A stretch of DNA of 64,000 bases from Planctomycetota bacterium (lineage in GTDB: Bacteria > Planctomycetota > UBA8108 > SXIK01). A program made the position numbers and the translations under genes. The notes beneath the pieces are model-generated. The model was not told the DNA's origin. It ran no database searches and saw only the letters and a list, made by a program, of their open reading frames with translations. How positions within the stretch are numbered: the stretch's first letter is position 1; every line of letters starts with the position of its first letter. Below are positions 51,053 to 61,643 of this stretch, in pieces. The stretch covers positions 7,264,001-7,328,000 of the forward strand of contig CBDCXR010000004.1 in assembly GCA_965223845.1 (NCBI GenBank), in the 5' to 3' direction.

Positions 51053-51315
51053 GATTCTCGAAGCTCCCCAAATTCGCTCGACTGCGCTTACGGTACCCGC
51101 GCGGGAGGGGGCGCGCTACTGGTGTTTTCTACGGGGAGATTGCGTGCGTATGACGCTCTAGAGAGATGAGATTCCTCAAGAACGTTGAACGTTTGGTGTG
51201 AGACGGTTCCTCAATCCTCGCCGCTCGAGAAACAGAGTTTTCGCCGTGTCGTGCTAACTCCTTGTCAATCCATGCCCTACGGCGAGTCGACGATTCGTTC
51301 GACTAAGCTGGCGCT

Positions 51316-53046
51316 GTGCGTCTATCGATGACGGTTATATCGATTCGAACCCGAAAGTCTGGTCTGCGAGTGGCTACCCTTGGGGTATGCACGATCCCCT
51401 TGCTCGTTCCCATCGTCCACCGGCTCTCGGATCCCGGGCTTGCGGTCGGGCGAGACACCGTCGTTCACATCGGCAACATCGTTGAATCTGCCCACTGTTT
51501 GGAAGCCGGACTACCGCCGTGGAACTGGCTTCCGGACGTCGCTGGCGGGTATGGCGGACCGAACTTCGAGTATTACGGTTCGCTAGCCTTCGTTTTCCCC
51601 GGCGCGCTCGTTCGATGTGGTGTTACGCCGGTCACGGCGGCCAAGGCCCTCGTCGCCGCTTCGCTAGTAATAGGTTCCCTCTCGGCGTTTCTGTTTTGCC
51701 GAAGGTTCGGCGGCGACCTAGCTGGGTTCGCGGGTGCCGGGCTATTCTTGTACAGTCCCTATGTTCTTTGGCTGGCGTTCGTGCGCGGTGGGTATCCCGA
51801 GCTGCTCGCCTGTGCACTCTATCCCCTCGTGTTTCATTTCGTCCACGCATGGATCGAGAGCGGACGGCTGAGTCGGCTGGGGCTGTCTGCGGCCGTCTAC
51901 TCGGCGGTCCTCGGCGTTCACACGCTCTCGGCGTTGATACTCACGCCGTTCGCGTTTCTGTTCGCGATTGCTATTGGCCGCGCGTCTCGACAAACCCTTG
52001 CGAAGAGCTTCGGTTTCCTCGCCGTCGGAGTTGCAATGGCGAGTCCCTTCCTCATCGGTCCGGTGTTCGGCCGCAACTCGATCGTTCTCGATGACCAGTT
52101 TGGGAGTACCGCGTTGGTCGACGCGCTGGCGATCCCGTGGCATACACTCCTGTTCGGTGAGCCGATGGAGAGAATCGTCTCGCACGCCCGAGCGGGCCGC
52201 CTCCACGTCATTGTTTGTGTCGGCGGATCGATACTCGTGATCATGAGCGGCCGTGGCGAGTGGAGACGACAAATTCTTGTGTTCGTCGGGCTGGCATTGT
52301 TTGCGCTCCTACTGTGCGAACAGACGTTTGCGCGCGTCGCTGCGATTGTCGTCCCCGGCTTCACCTACCTGCAATTCCCGTGGCGGCTTTTGAGTCTTTT
52401 CTCGATATTTGTGGCCGGAACGCTCGCCTGTGCCCTCTCGTCGCGCGGTCCGATCCCCTCATTCTGGCGGGTGGGTGTGTCGTTGGGAATCCTTGCTGGG
52501 GCGGTCCTTCTCTACGGATCGAAGATCCCACCGCAGAAAGTCGCCACGTTCGACACTGATAGTCGCGAGAGCATCCGCAGGTCCCTCACGACGCTCGATC
52601 ACGAGGATAAGTATATGCCGCGTTGGGCGGTGAAGCCCGACCACCCGAGACCGGAACAGCTCCTCGTACTTCCTGATGGGGTGGTCGCGGAGCTACGAGC
52701 GACTGTCAACGACTACGCTTTCGAAGTCTTGTCGTCAACCGGCGGAGAGGCGCGATTCCAGCAATTCTGGTGGCCACGATGGCGTTGCGAGTTGAATGGC
52801 GACGACTGGCCGATCGCACGGACCGACGACGGGGTCGTGAGTGTGCGAATCCCGCCTGGGAAACACGAGGTTCGTCTATTCTTCGCTCGTTCCATGGGCG
52901 TGGTTGCTGCTTGTCTCGTTTCACTCGGCACGTTCGCGGTGTGTTTAATTGGCGGGTTCCTACAAGGAAGTCGTCCGGCATGTCGTGGACCGTCGCCGAA
53001 GGAGGCTTCCGGCGACGCCTCTGAATATCGAATCCCGCAGCCGTGA
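51316..53046 (+). CDS. Polytopic membrane protein of the PTPS-related/YfhO (GT-C-like) type
   Basis: WLPDVAGGYGGPNFEYYGSL, YSPY...RGGYPELLA, YLQFPWRLL, WPRWR...IPPGKHEVRLFF. Confidence 0.75.
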   Translation: MRLSMTVISIRTRKSGLRVATLGVCTIPLLVPIVHRLSDPGLAVGRDTVVHIGNIVESAHCLEAGLPPWNWLPDVAGGYGGPNFEYYGSLAFVFPGALVRCGVTPVTAAKALVAASLVIGSLSAFLFCRRFGGDLAGFAGAGLFLYSPYVLWLAFVRGGYPELLACALYPLVFHFVHAWIESGRLSRLGLSAAVYSAVLGVHTLSALILTPFAFLFAIAIGRASRQTLAKSFGFLAVGVAMASPFLIGPVFGRNSIVLDDQFGSTALVDALAIPWHTLLFGEPMERIVSHARAGRLHVIVCVGGSILVIMSGRGEWRRQILVFVGLALFALLLCEQTFARVAAIVVPGFTYLQFPWRLLSLFSIFVAGTLACALSSRGPIPSFWRVGVSLGILAGAVLLYGSKIPPQKVATFDTDSRESIRRSLTTLDHEDKYMPRWAVKPDHPRPEQLLVLPDGVVAELRATVNDYAFEVLSSTGGEARFQQFWWPRWRCELNGDDWPIARTDDGVVSVRIPPGKHEVRLFFARSMGVVAACLVSLGTFAVCLIGGFLQGSRPACRGPSPKEASGDASEYRIPQP

Positions 53047-53330
53047 CCATTCGGAGAGCGTTTGAGTCGAGAATTCGCGGCTTGTCATACATACAAGACT
53101 CACAAGTCCCACTAGATCTGAGCGGCAGTAGAGCCTACATAGCGGGATGTGAAGACTGCGCAGATAGAAACTCGGGACGAAAGAGGGAAAAACACGAGAA
53201 CCGGTTTCCGTGATCCCGGAACGGACAGTCGACGTGACTCCCTTTTCGTCCGCCAATTTCCCAATTCTCGGCACACTCTTCTTTCCGCTCCCCTTCGCGA
53301 GTTTCGTGTAGCGTCCCCCTTCTGTTCTCC

Positions 53331-54284
53331 TCAATCGCCCGGCCGAGCTCGTGTCGTCCGCGCGAGGATTTCCCGGCCACCTCGAGCGATCAGTTCCCGA
53401 GCGACATCGATACCGAGCTCCTCCCGCTTTGCGACGATTCCCACGCCCGACGCCCGCAGACACGTCGCTCCGTCCTCACTCGCGAGCACCGAGGTCAGCG
53501 TGATCTCCGAACCGTCGACGCGCGCGTACGCACCCGCGGGGATCTGGCAGCCGCCGCGCAGTTCGCGCAGGTACGCCCGCTCGCATTCGACGGCGACGCG
53601 CGAGCCTTCGTGATCGAGCGTGCGGAGAAGTTGGAGGACTTTCTCGTCTCCGCGCCGCGCCACGATCCCGAGCGCTCCCTGCGCGACCGCCGGGACGAGC
53701 GTCTCGAGGTCGAATGCGTGCGCGATCGCGTCGTCTTTTCCTAGTCGGAGGAGCCCGGCGCACGCGAGCACCGTGCCGGCGAGGCCTTGCTCGCGAACCT
53801 TGCGGAGGCGCGTTTCGACGTTGCCGCGAAGGGGAACGATCTCGAGGTCGGATCGTCGATCGAGAAGCTGCGCCTTTCGCCGCGGGCTCGACGTTCCGAT
53901 GCGAGCGTTCTTCGGCAGAGTATCGAAACGTTCCCCCGGTGGGGAGACGAACGCATCCCAGGGAACCTCCCGCTCCGGCACCGCCGCGAGCTCGAGCTCG
54001 GCGTGGAGGCTCGACGGCACGTCCTTCAGGCTGTGCACCGCGAAGTCGATCGTCCCCTCGAGGAGAGCGTCGTCGAGCGCCGCCGTAAACACGCCGACTC
54101 CGAGCTGGTCGAGGTGCTTCTCGGGGAATTTCTCGGCCGCCGATTCGACCTCTACGATCTCCGTGTTCGTCCCGCGCGCCGCGAGCTCCTCCGCGACCCA
54201 CCCCGCCTGCCAGCGGGCGAGCTCGCTCCCGCGTGTGCCGAGCTTCAAAGGCGCCACGGTGCGTTCACGAGCTCGGTTCGTCAT
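53331..54284 (-). CDS. hemC: Porphobilinogen deaminase
   Basis: LGTRGSELARWQA, AVHSLKDVP, IGTSSPRRKAQL, LRGNVETRLRK, PAVAQGALG, GGCQIP. Confidence 0.95.
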   Translation of the reverse strand: MTNRARERTVAPLKLGTRGSELARWQAGWVAEELAARGTNTEIVEVESAAEKFPEKHLDQLGVGVFTAALDDALLEGTIDFAVHSLKDVPSSLHAELELAAVPEREVPWDAFVSPPGERFDTLPKNARIGTSSPRRKAQLLDRRSDLEIVPLRGNVETRLRKVREQGLAGTVLACAGLLRLGKDDAIAHAFDLETLVPAVAQGALGIVARRGDEKVLQLLRTLDHEGSRVAVECERAYLRELRGGCQIPAGAYARVDGSEITLTSVLASEDGATCLRASGVGIVAKREELGIDVARELIARGGREILARTTRARPGD

Positions 54285-55731
54285 CGCCCCTCTTTCGATC
54301 GCGATCGAATTCGAGGGAACTTTGGGCGTCGTCGCGGTAGGGCGGGGGTTCGGCGAGGAACAGGCGATTCAGGAACTGCGCCTCGCGGTCGGTGAGATTG
54401 TGGAGGCTCCGGAGGGCCTTCAACTTCTCGATCGGGAAGTGGAGCAGTTTCTTCGTGAGCGCGCTCGTCAGTTGATCGACGGACTCGTGCTGTTCCGCGG
54501 GAAAGAGACCGACGAACTGCTGCACGACGCCGAGGCGGATCTGCTCGAATCGCTGGACGAGATGCTTCAGCACCGGGTCGACCTTGCGGTAGACGACGTT
54601 GCTCCGGAAGCTCGCCAACTCGTCGTTGATCAGGCGTTCGACCTCCGGCACCTGCTGGATGCGATGGTCGACGTTCTCCTGAATGACACCGTTCAGATCG
54701 TCGATGTTGAAGACGCTGACGCCCTCGATCTCGGCGACCTCCGGCTCGAAGTCGCGCGGTATCGCGAGGTCGACGACCACGAACGGTTTTCCGCCCCGTC
54801 GCGCCTGGACGATTTCAACGCGTTCGCGGTCGACGATCGGATCGACCGCCGCGGTCGAGGAGATGACGAGGTCCGAGACCTCGAGGAGACAGTCGAGGTG
54901 CTCCCACGCCGCTGGCTCGCCGACCCCGAGAGCATCGACGAGCTCGCGGGCGCGGCCCGGCGTCCGGTTGACGACGACGCAGCGGCCGATGCCGGCCTCC
55001 GCGACGGCCCGGACGGTCAGCTCTGCGATCTCCCCCGAGCCGATGACGAGCACGGTTCGCTGAGTGAGATCACCGATCGTTGCGCGCGCGAGCTTGAGTG
55101 CGGCTTGTCCCGGTGTGATGCAGCCGTCGGAGATGACGGTCGCCGTTCGCACTCGCTTTCCGAGGCGAAGCGCCGTGCGGAATAGATCGTGAAAGAACAC
55201 GCCCGTCGTTCCCGCTTGCTGAGCGGCCGTGTACGCGTCCTTCACCTGTCCGAGGATCTGCGCCTCGCCGACGATCATCGAATCGAGGCCGGCCACGAGG
55301 CGAAAGAGGTGCTCGACCGCGCCCTGCTGACGGTGCACGTAGAAGTGTGACGGATCTTCCGGGAAGCTCGTGTCGTCGACGACGCGGCGGATTTCGCGGT
55401 AGAAGCCGAGCGCGTCCGGGGTCGCCCGCCGGAGAAACTCGTAGCTCGACCGCGCCGGCTCGGCGCAGAGCTCGGCGACGCCGAGAACGGGCGGAGCGTT
55501 CGGATCGTCGGAGGAAAACGCACCGACGGTCCCGAGCGGTGACTTCGCGATGGGAAGGTAGCTGTAGAATTCCGTCCGGTTGCACGTCGACAGAATGACG
55601 TGCTCGGAGTTCGGGACTCGCCCGGAGAGGTCGAGGAGCGCCGTCTCGGTCTGCGCGGCGGAGAGCGCCCAGCTCTCGCGCGCTTCGAGAGGCGCGGTAC
55701 GGTGATTGAGTCCGAAAACGATCAGCTCCAT
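54265..55731 (-). CDS. hemA: Glutamyl-tRNA reductase
   Basis: GLNHRTAPLEARE, LSTCNRTEFY, GLDSMIVGEAQILGQVK, IGSGEIA, VNRT, DLAIPRD. Confidence 0.93.
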   Translation of the reverse strand: MELIVFGLNHRTAPLEARESWALSAAQTETALLDLSGRVPNSEHVILSTCNRTEFYSYLPIAKSPLGTVGAFSSDDPNAPPVLGVAELCAEPARSSYEFLRRATPDALGFYREIRRVVDDTSFPEDPSHFYVHRQQGAVEHLFRLVAGLDSMIVGEAQILGQVKDAYTAAQQAGTTGVFFHDLFRTALRLGKRVRTATVISDGCITPGQAALKLARATIGDLTQRTVLVIGSGEIAELTVRAVAEAGIGRCVVVNRTPGRARELVDALGVGEPAAWEHLDCLLEVSDLVISSTAAVDPIVDRERVEIVQARRGGKPFVVVDLAIPRDFEPEVAEIEGVSVFNIDDLNGVIQENVDHRIQQVPEVERLINDELASFRSNVVYRKVDPVLKHLVQRFEQIRLGVVQQFVGLFPAEQHESVDQLTSALTKKLLHFPIEKLKALRSLHNLTDREAQFLNRLFLAEPPPYRDDAQSSLEFDRDRKRGDDEPSS

Positions 55732-56063
55732 ATCGTCCCGATTCGCTCGTGTTCCTGCTCGCTGGTGTGCTCGAAAACTCGCCCCCGCGGGATTCGCCGG
55801 ACCTCGTGCGGCCGTCCGTCCCGGTCGTGACGTCGGCCGCGAGTTCCGGTACGGTGGGGCGCCCGCCGAGCCGCCGGCCCCGTCTCGACTCGGGCGCGCC
55901 CGCTCGACGCGGGGGGAAGCCCCGATAGGTGCCACGAATCGCGCCGCGTCTCAAGTCCATTCACCGGTTCGACGCGAGATCGGGGTGCGATCGATGGTCG
56001 CACGGCGCCCCAGGCCCCCCGAACACCTACTACAGAATACCACCCGAATCCCGCTGAGATCCC

Positions 56064-57104
56064 ATGTCTGAGAATTCGACGCCGCGTCTGGTACGTGCCG
56101 TTCGCGGCGATGTCACCGGCCCTCCGCCCGTTTGGATCATGCGCCAAGCCGGTCGCTACCTGCCGGAGTACCAGGAATTCCGGAAACGCCACTCGTTTGT
56201 CGAGATGTGTACAACTCCCGAGCTCGCGGTCGAGATCTCGCTCCAGCCCTGGCGCCGATTCGCGTTCGACGCCGTGATCGTGTTCTACGACATTCTGTTC
56301 CTCGCCGAGGCGATGGGAGCTCCGCTCGAGTTCACCGAGTCGGGCCCGAAGTTTCTCGAGCCCGTGCGCTCGCGGGCCGAGGTCGAGGCGCTGCGCGACC
56401 CGGACGTCGAGGACGCCGGCCCGGGCCGCGGCACGGGCGCGATCCTCGCGTCGCTTTCGGCTCTCCGGCGTGAGCTGCCGCCCGAGGTCGCCGTGCTCGG
56501 ATTTGCGGGTGCACCGTTCACCGTCGCGGCGTATCTCGTCGAGGGCAGCTTCGGCCGGGCCGGCCAACGTATTCGCCGTGCCATGAACGAGGATCCGGGC
56601 GCAGTCCATCTCCTTCTCGAGCGCTTGACCGCAGCGACTTGTCGCTACCTCGAAGCTCAGATCGCGAGCGGTGCCGACGCGGTGCAGCTTTTCGACACGT
56701 GGGCCGGGCTTCTCGGAGAGCGCGACTACGACGAGTTTGTTCGACCGTATCAAGCACGTGTGTTCGAAGCGGTCCGAAGGGCGGGCGCCCCGGGGATCCT
56801 CTACGTCGGCGCGGGGACCCACGTCGTCGATCGACTCGCTGCGGTCGGAGCCGACGTTCTCAGTCTCGACTGGCGCCACGAGCTCGGCGACGTGCGCCGA
56901 GCGGTCGGTCCGGACGTGGCGCTACAGGGGAATCTCGATCCCTGCGCGCTCTACGCTCCGCCCGATCGGGTGTACGCCGAGACCCGCGCTCTCGTCGAGG
57001 CGATGGCGGGCGACCCGCGGTACGTGCTCAATCTCGGACACGGAATCATGCCGGAAACGCCGGTCGAATCGGTGGAGGCGCTCGTACGGGCCGCCCGCGA
57101 GTAG
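56064..57104 (+). CDS. hemE: Uroporphyrinogen decarboxylase
   Basis: PVWIMRQAGRYLPEY, GFAGAPFTVAAYLVEG, QLFDTWAG, LQGNLDP, NLGHGI. Confidence 0.95.
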   Translation: MSENSTPRLVRAVRGDVTGPPPVWIMRQAGRYLPEYQEFRKRHSFVEMCTTPELAVEISLQPWRRFAFDAVIVFYDILFLAEAMGAPLEFTESGPKFLEPVRSRAEVEALRDPDVEDAGPGRGTGAILASLSALRRELPPEVAVLGFAGAPFTVAAYLVEGSFGRAGQRIRRAMNEDPGAVHLLLERLTAATCRYLEAQIASGADAVQLFDTWAGLLGERDYDEFVRPYQARVFEAVRRAGAPGILYVGAGTHVVDRLAAVGADVLSLDWRHELGDVRRAVGPDVALQGNLDPCALYAPPDRVYAETRALVEAMAGDPRYVLNLGHGIMPETPVESVEALVRAARE

Positions 57105-57186
57105 CGTCGAGAGTCGACCGAGATTCAGCGACCGCGGGAGCGCGAGAATCGTCGAAGACAGCCCGCGACCCGGAGAGGAACACGAA

Positions 57187-58479
57187 ATGAGCGAAACGAG
57201 CGAACAACTCTTTGCGCGAGCGAAGAGAGTCATCCCGGGCGGCGTGAATTCGCCGGTGCGAGCGTTCGGATCGGTCGGCGGATCGCCGGTCTTCATCGCC
57301 CGCGGCCACGGGGCTCGACTCGTCGACGTCGACGGAAACGAGCTCATCGACTGCGTGAGCTCGTGGGGCCCTCTGATCCTCGGCCACTCGCCCCCCGCCG
57401 TCGAGGCTGCCGCGCGCAGCGCGCTCGAGCGCGGGAGCTCGTTCGGCGCGCCTACGGCGACCGAGGTCGAGCTCGCCGAGACGATCTGCGCGCGCGTGCC
57501 GGGAATGGACGTCGTCCGGCTCACGAGCTCGGGTACGGAGGCTTGCATGTCGGCGATTCGCCTCGCGCGCGGGGTGACGGGTCGCGATCGCGTCGTCAAG
57601 TTCGCGGGGTGCTACCACGGACACGCCGACAGTTTCCTGATTCAGGCGGGATCGGGCGGTCTGACGTTTGGAACGCCGTCGAGTCCGGGCGTGCCTCGGG
57701 CCCTCGCGGAGCTCACCCTTCTCGCGCCGTACAACGACCTCGAGGCCGTTCGTGCGCTCTTCGCCGAGCACTCCGGCGAGATCGCGGCCGTGATCCTCGA
57801 GCCGATCGCGGGGAACATGGGCGTCGTACCGCCGCAAGATGGCTTTCTCGCGGGCCTGCGCAGCCTCTGCGACGACGCTGGGAGTCTGCTGGTCCTCGAC
57901 GAAGTGATCACCGGGTTTCGCGTCGCCCCGGGCGGCGCGCAGGAACTCTTCGACGTCCAGGCGGATATCACGACGCTCGGAAAGATCGTCGGCGGCGGGT
58001 TCCCGCTCGCCGCGTTCGGCGGGAGTCGCGAGCTCTTCGAGCATCTCGCCCCGGAAGGTCCCGTCTACCAGGCGGGAACGCTCTCCGGGAATCCGGTGGC
58101 GACCGCAGCGGGCCTCGCGGTACTCCGCGAGCTCGACGATCCGAGCGTCTACGCCGAGCTCGAGGCGAAGGCGGCGCGACTCGAGGCGCTCCTCCGCGAC
58201 GCGATGGCGGCGGTGGACTGCGCGACGTGCTACCAGCGCGTGGGTTCGATGGCGACGCTCTTTTTCGCGCCGGGACCAATCGAATCGCTCGCGTCGCTCG
58301 AGGGCGTCCGCACCGACCTCTACGCGAAGTTCTTCCACGCGCTTCTTCGGCGTGGCGTCGCATTCCCGCCGTCTCAGTACGAATCGTTCTTCGTCTCGCT
58401 CGCGCACTCGGAGGAAGACATCTCGGCGATCGGCGCGGCGATCGCCGAGGCCCTCGTGGAGTGCGCGCATGACGCGTAA
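57187..58479 (+). CDS. hemL: Glutamate-1-semialdehyde 2,1-aminomutase
   Basis: IPGGVNSPVRAF, SWGPLILGH, SGTEACMSAIRLARG, GCYHGH, DEVITGFR, GKIVGGGFP, YQAGTLSGNP, PSQYE. Confidence 0.96.
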   Translation: MSETSEQLFARAKRVIPGGVNSPVRAFGSVGGSPVFIARGHGARLVDVDGNELIDCVSSWGPLILGHSPPAVEAAARSALERGSSFGAPTATEVELAETICARVPGMDVVRLTSSGTEACMSAIRLARGVTGRDRVVKFAGCYHGHADSFLIQAGSGGLTFGTPSSPGVPRALAELTLLAPYNDLEAVRALFAEHSGEIAAVILEPIAGNMGVVPPQDGFLAGLRSLCDDAGSLLVLDEVITGFRVAPGGAQELFDVQADITTLGKIVGGGFPLAAFGGSRELFEHLAPEGPVYQAGTLSGNPVATAAGLAVLRELDDPSVYAELEAKAARLEALLRDAMAAVDCATCYQRVGSMATLFFAPGPIESLASLEGVRTDLYAKFFHALLRRGVAFPPSQYESFFVSLAHSEEDISAIGAAIAEALVECAHDA

Positions 58480-61168
58480 CCGCTGCGTCCGCTCGACGTG
58501 GAGATTCGGTCTGCTCGGAGGCGTCGTCCTCGGCGCGGCGTCGCTCGCGAACGCGCAGAGCGTCGAGGAGTTCCTCGAACGCGGGCGAACGGGGCTCGAG
58601 CTCTCGCTTCGCCGGCTCTCGACGACCGCGTCGCTCCTCTACATCACCGCGCACCCGGACGACGAGGACAACGGTCTCCTCGCGCGCCTCTCCCGCGGCG
58701 AGGGCGTGCGGGTCGGGACGCTCACGCTCACCCGCGGCGAGGGAGGACAGAACGAGATCGGTTCCGAGCTCTTCGGCGATCTCGGCGTTCTGCGGAGCGA
58801 GGAGCTGATCTCGGCGCACCGGCTCGATGGCGCGGAGCAACTCTTCGGCCGTTCGGTCGACTTCGGCTACAGCTTCAGCGTCGAGGAGACCTTCGGCGAG
58901 TGGGGCGAGGACGAGACCGTCGGAGACATCGTGCGCGTGATCCGCTACTTTCGCCCCGATGTCGTCGTCACCCTCTTTCCCGACGGTGCCGGTGGCGGGC
59001 AGCACCACCAGGCGAGCGCTCGGCTCGCAAGTCGCGCGTTTCGGGCTGCCGGTGATCCGGAGCAGTTCGCGGACCAGGTCGACGTCGGTCTCGCTCCGTG
59101 GAAACCGCTCAAGCTCTATCGCGCGCTTTGGCGTCCTCGTGAAGAAGAGAAGGGGCGTGCGGCGGCCATCGCGCTCGGGGCCTACGACCCGGCGCTCGGC
59201 ATGTCGTACGCCGAGCTCGGCGCGCTCGCGCGCAATCGCCATCGCTCTCAGGGGATGAACGCGCCGCCTGTGCCGGGACCGGCCGAGCGGTACTACCTCC
59301 TCGCCGAGTCGCTCGTCCCCGCAGCGGCGACGGGATCGATCTTCGACGCCCTGCGCACGACGCTCGAGGATCACGCGAGCGATTCTCTAGTCCGCGAGCC
59401 CGTCGCGGCCGATCTACGGACTATCGCCGCCATCCTCGACGAAGCGCGCGCGGCGGTTTCAGCGCGCGACGATCGTGCGGTCGTCGCGGCCGTCGCCCGC
59501 GGGCTCACACTCGTCCGGGCGGCGCGCGCACGAGCGGGCGAGCGGACGGCAGATCTCCTCTCGCGCGAGGAATTTGACTGGGCGCGTGCGCTCGAGCGGG
59601 CGATCTTCCTCGACGTAAGCGCGACGGTCGACGACGAATCCGACGGTCTCGTCGCGCCGGGCGAGAGCGTCGCGGTGTCCGCCCGCTTCGTTCACCAAGC
59701 GGGTGCGGAGGTGGTCCTTCGTGCGATCGAGCTCGCCGCTCCCGCAGGGTCGACGATCGAAGAAGTCGTGCGTCCCGAACGGCTCGCGGCGAATGAGGTG
59801 AGTCGCGCGGAGTGGCGAGTCAGAATCGCACGCGACGCGCCTCACTCGCGTCCGTACTGGTACCCCTCGACCGCGCGACCGAATCGCTACGACGTTCGGG
59901 GATCGGAGCGGACGTCCTTCCGTCCGTTCGACGCCGCGCCGCTCCGGGTCGTCGCGACGCTGGCCGTCGGCGGTGTCGACGTTCGCGTCGAGCGCGATGT
60001 CCGGTACGAATGGTTCGATCCCGCGGTCGGCACCCGACGGCGCTACGGCGTGCGCGTCGTGCCTCCGGTCTCGCTCGAGCTCACTCCGGCGGTCGCCGTG
60101 GTGCGGACGAGCGCGGAGCCGCGCGAGACTCGAATTCGCGTTCGCGTGTGGGCGGACGGTCCGATCGCGGACGCGGAGCCGGAGCACGAGAGCGGCGGTG
60201 ACGGCGACGAAGCGAACCGGGGTTCGCCGCGCACCGCGAGCGGAACCGTCTCACTCGAGGTTCCTCGCGGTTGGGAGTGTGTTCCGGACTCGATACCGCT
60301 CGAGCTCTCGATCGGGTCGTCGCGGTTCGCCGAGTTCGCGCTCACCGCGCCGGAGACGGCGGCTCCGGGCGCCTACGCTTGCCGCGCGGTGTTCCGCGTC
60401 GGCGGGAGGACGTTTCGCGAAGGCTACCGACCGATCTCACACCACCACGTCGAGCGGCGGCACGTCTATCGGCCGGCCGCGGCGACGATTCGAGTCGTCG
60501 ATGTCGCCGTTCCGCGCGGACTCGAGGTCGGCTACATCACGGGCGTCGGCGACGAAGTGCCGACTGCGATCGTGCAGCTCGGCGCCGCGGTCAGGTTTCT
60601 CGGTGCGGACGAGCTGGCTCGCGGCGATCTCGCGCGCTTCGATGCCATCGTCACGGGAATCCGAGCGTACAAAGATCGCCGCGATCTCGTCGCGCACAAC
60701 GGTCGTCTCCTCGAGTACGTCGCGGCGGGCGGCGTGTTCATCGTCCAGTACAACAAATACGAGTTCCATCGCGGAAGCTATGCGCCGTACGACGCGCGAA
60801 TCGATCGACCCCACGATCGGGTGACGGACGAGACGGCGCCCGTGCGAGTACTCGAGCCCGCGCACCAGCTCGTTCTCTGGCCGAACCGCATCGGACCGGC
60901 GGATTGGGACGGCTGGGTGCAGGAGCGCGGGCTCTACTTCTGGGGCGAGTGGGACGAGCGCTACACCCCGCTGCTCGAGATCGCGGATCCATTCCCCTAC
61001 AACGCGGGAGCAAAGCGCGGTGCCCTCCTCGCGGCCGCGTACGGCGACGGTCACTACGTGTACACCGGCCTCAGCCTCTTTCGGCAGCTTCCCGCCGGCG
61101 TTCCCGGAGCCTACCGACTCCTCGCGAACTTGATTTCCCTCGGCCGAACGAAAGAGGGCGAACGATGA
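58469..61168 (+). CDS. Secreted PIG-L/LmbE-family deacetylase with Ig-like and C-terminal GATase-like domains
   Basis: AHPDDED, LTRGEGGQNEIG, DFGYS, GQHHQAS, HRSQG, GWVQERGLYF, FRQLPAGVPGAYRLLANL. Confidence 0.88.
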   Translation: MTRNRCVRSTWRFGLLGGVVLGAASLANAQSVEEFLERGRTGLELSLRRLSTTASLLYITAHPDDEDNGLLARLSRGEGVRVGTLTLTRGEGGQNEIGSELFGDLGVLRSEELISAHRLDGAEQLFGRSVDFGYSFSVEETFGEWGEDETVGDIVRVIRYFRPDVVVTLFPDGAGGGQHHQASARLASRAFRAAGDPEQFADQVDVGLAPWKPLKLYRALWRPREEEKGRAAAIALGAYDPALGMSYAELGALARNRHRSQGMNAPPVPGPAERYYLLAESLVPAAATGSIFDALRTTLEDHASDSLVREPVAADLRTIAAILDEARAAVSARDDRAVVAAVARGLTLVRAARARAGERTADLLSREEFDWARALERAIFLDVSATVDDESDGLVAPGESVAVSARFVHQAGAEVVLRAIELAAPAGSTIEEVVRPERLAANEVSRAEWRVRIARDAPHSRPYWYPSTARPNRYDVRGSERTSFRPFDAAPLRVVATLAVGGVDVRVERDVRYEWFDPAVGTRRRYGVRVVPPVSLELTPAVAVVRTSAEPRETRIRVRVWADGPIADAEPEHESGGDGDEANRGSPRTASGTVSLEVPRGWECVPDSIPLELSIGSSRFAEFALTAPETAAPGAYACRAVFRVGGRTFREGYRPISHHHVERRHVYRPAAATIRVVDVAVPRGLEVGYITGVGDEVPTAIVQLGAAVRFLGADELARGDLARFDAIVTGIRAYKDRRDLVAHNGRLLEYVAAGGVFIVQYNKYEFHRGSYAPYDARIDRPHDRVTDETAPVRVLEPAHQLVLWPNRIGPADWDGWVQERGLYFWGEWDERYTPLLEIADPFPYNAGAKRGALLAAAYGDGHYVYTGLSLFRQLPAGVPGAYRLLANLISLGRTKEGER

Positions 61169-61614
61169 GCGCAAACAACATTCGTGCGATCCATCACGTC
61201 TCGTACACCGTGAGCGACATCGACCGATCGGTGCGGTTCTACTCCGAAGGGCTAGGCTTCGACGTGCTCGACGACCGCCGCGTGAGCGGCGAGTTCCCGT
61301 CGCGAGTGACCGGCTTCGAAGCTACGAGCCTCCGAATCGTCCACCTGCGCGGTCACGGCCAGGGCCTCGAGCTCATTCAATACGAATCGCCGGTCGGCGC
61401 GAAGCAGGCGGTGCGCACCTGCGATGTCGGAAGCTCGCACCTTTGCTACGTCGTCGGCGACATCGACCGCGCGATCGAACATCTCGAGTCGTACGGCGCG
61501 CGCTTCCTCTCCCCGCCACAGGAAGTGGAGGGCGGACCGAACGCGGGAAACCGGTGCGTGTACTTTCTGGACCCGGACGGGATCCCGATGGAACTGAGTG
61601 AGCCTCGGATTTAG
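61165..61614 (+). CDS. VOC/glyoxalase-family protein
   Basis: IHHVSYTVSDIDRSVRFY, LELIQY, HLCYVV, YFLDPDGIPMELSE; ATGA overlap with the upstream gene. Confidence 0.88.
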   Translation: MSANNIRAIHHVSYTVSDIDRSVRFYSEGLGFDVLDDRRVSGEFPSRVTGFEATSLRIVHLRGHGQGLELIQYESPVGAKQAVRTCDVGSSHLCYVVGDIDRAIEHLESYGARFLSPPQEVEGGPNAGNRCVYFLDPDGIPMELSEPRI

Positions 61615-61643
61615 AAGCTCGAGCGAACCCGCCGGCGCAAAGC

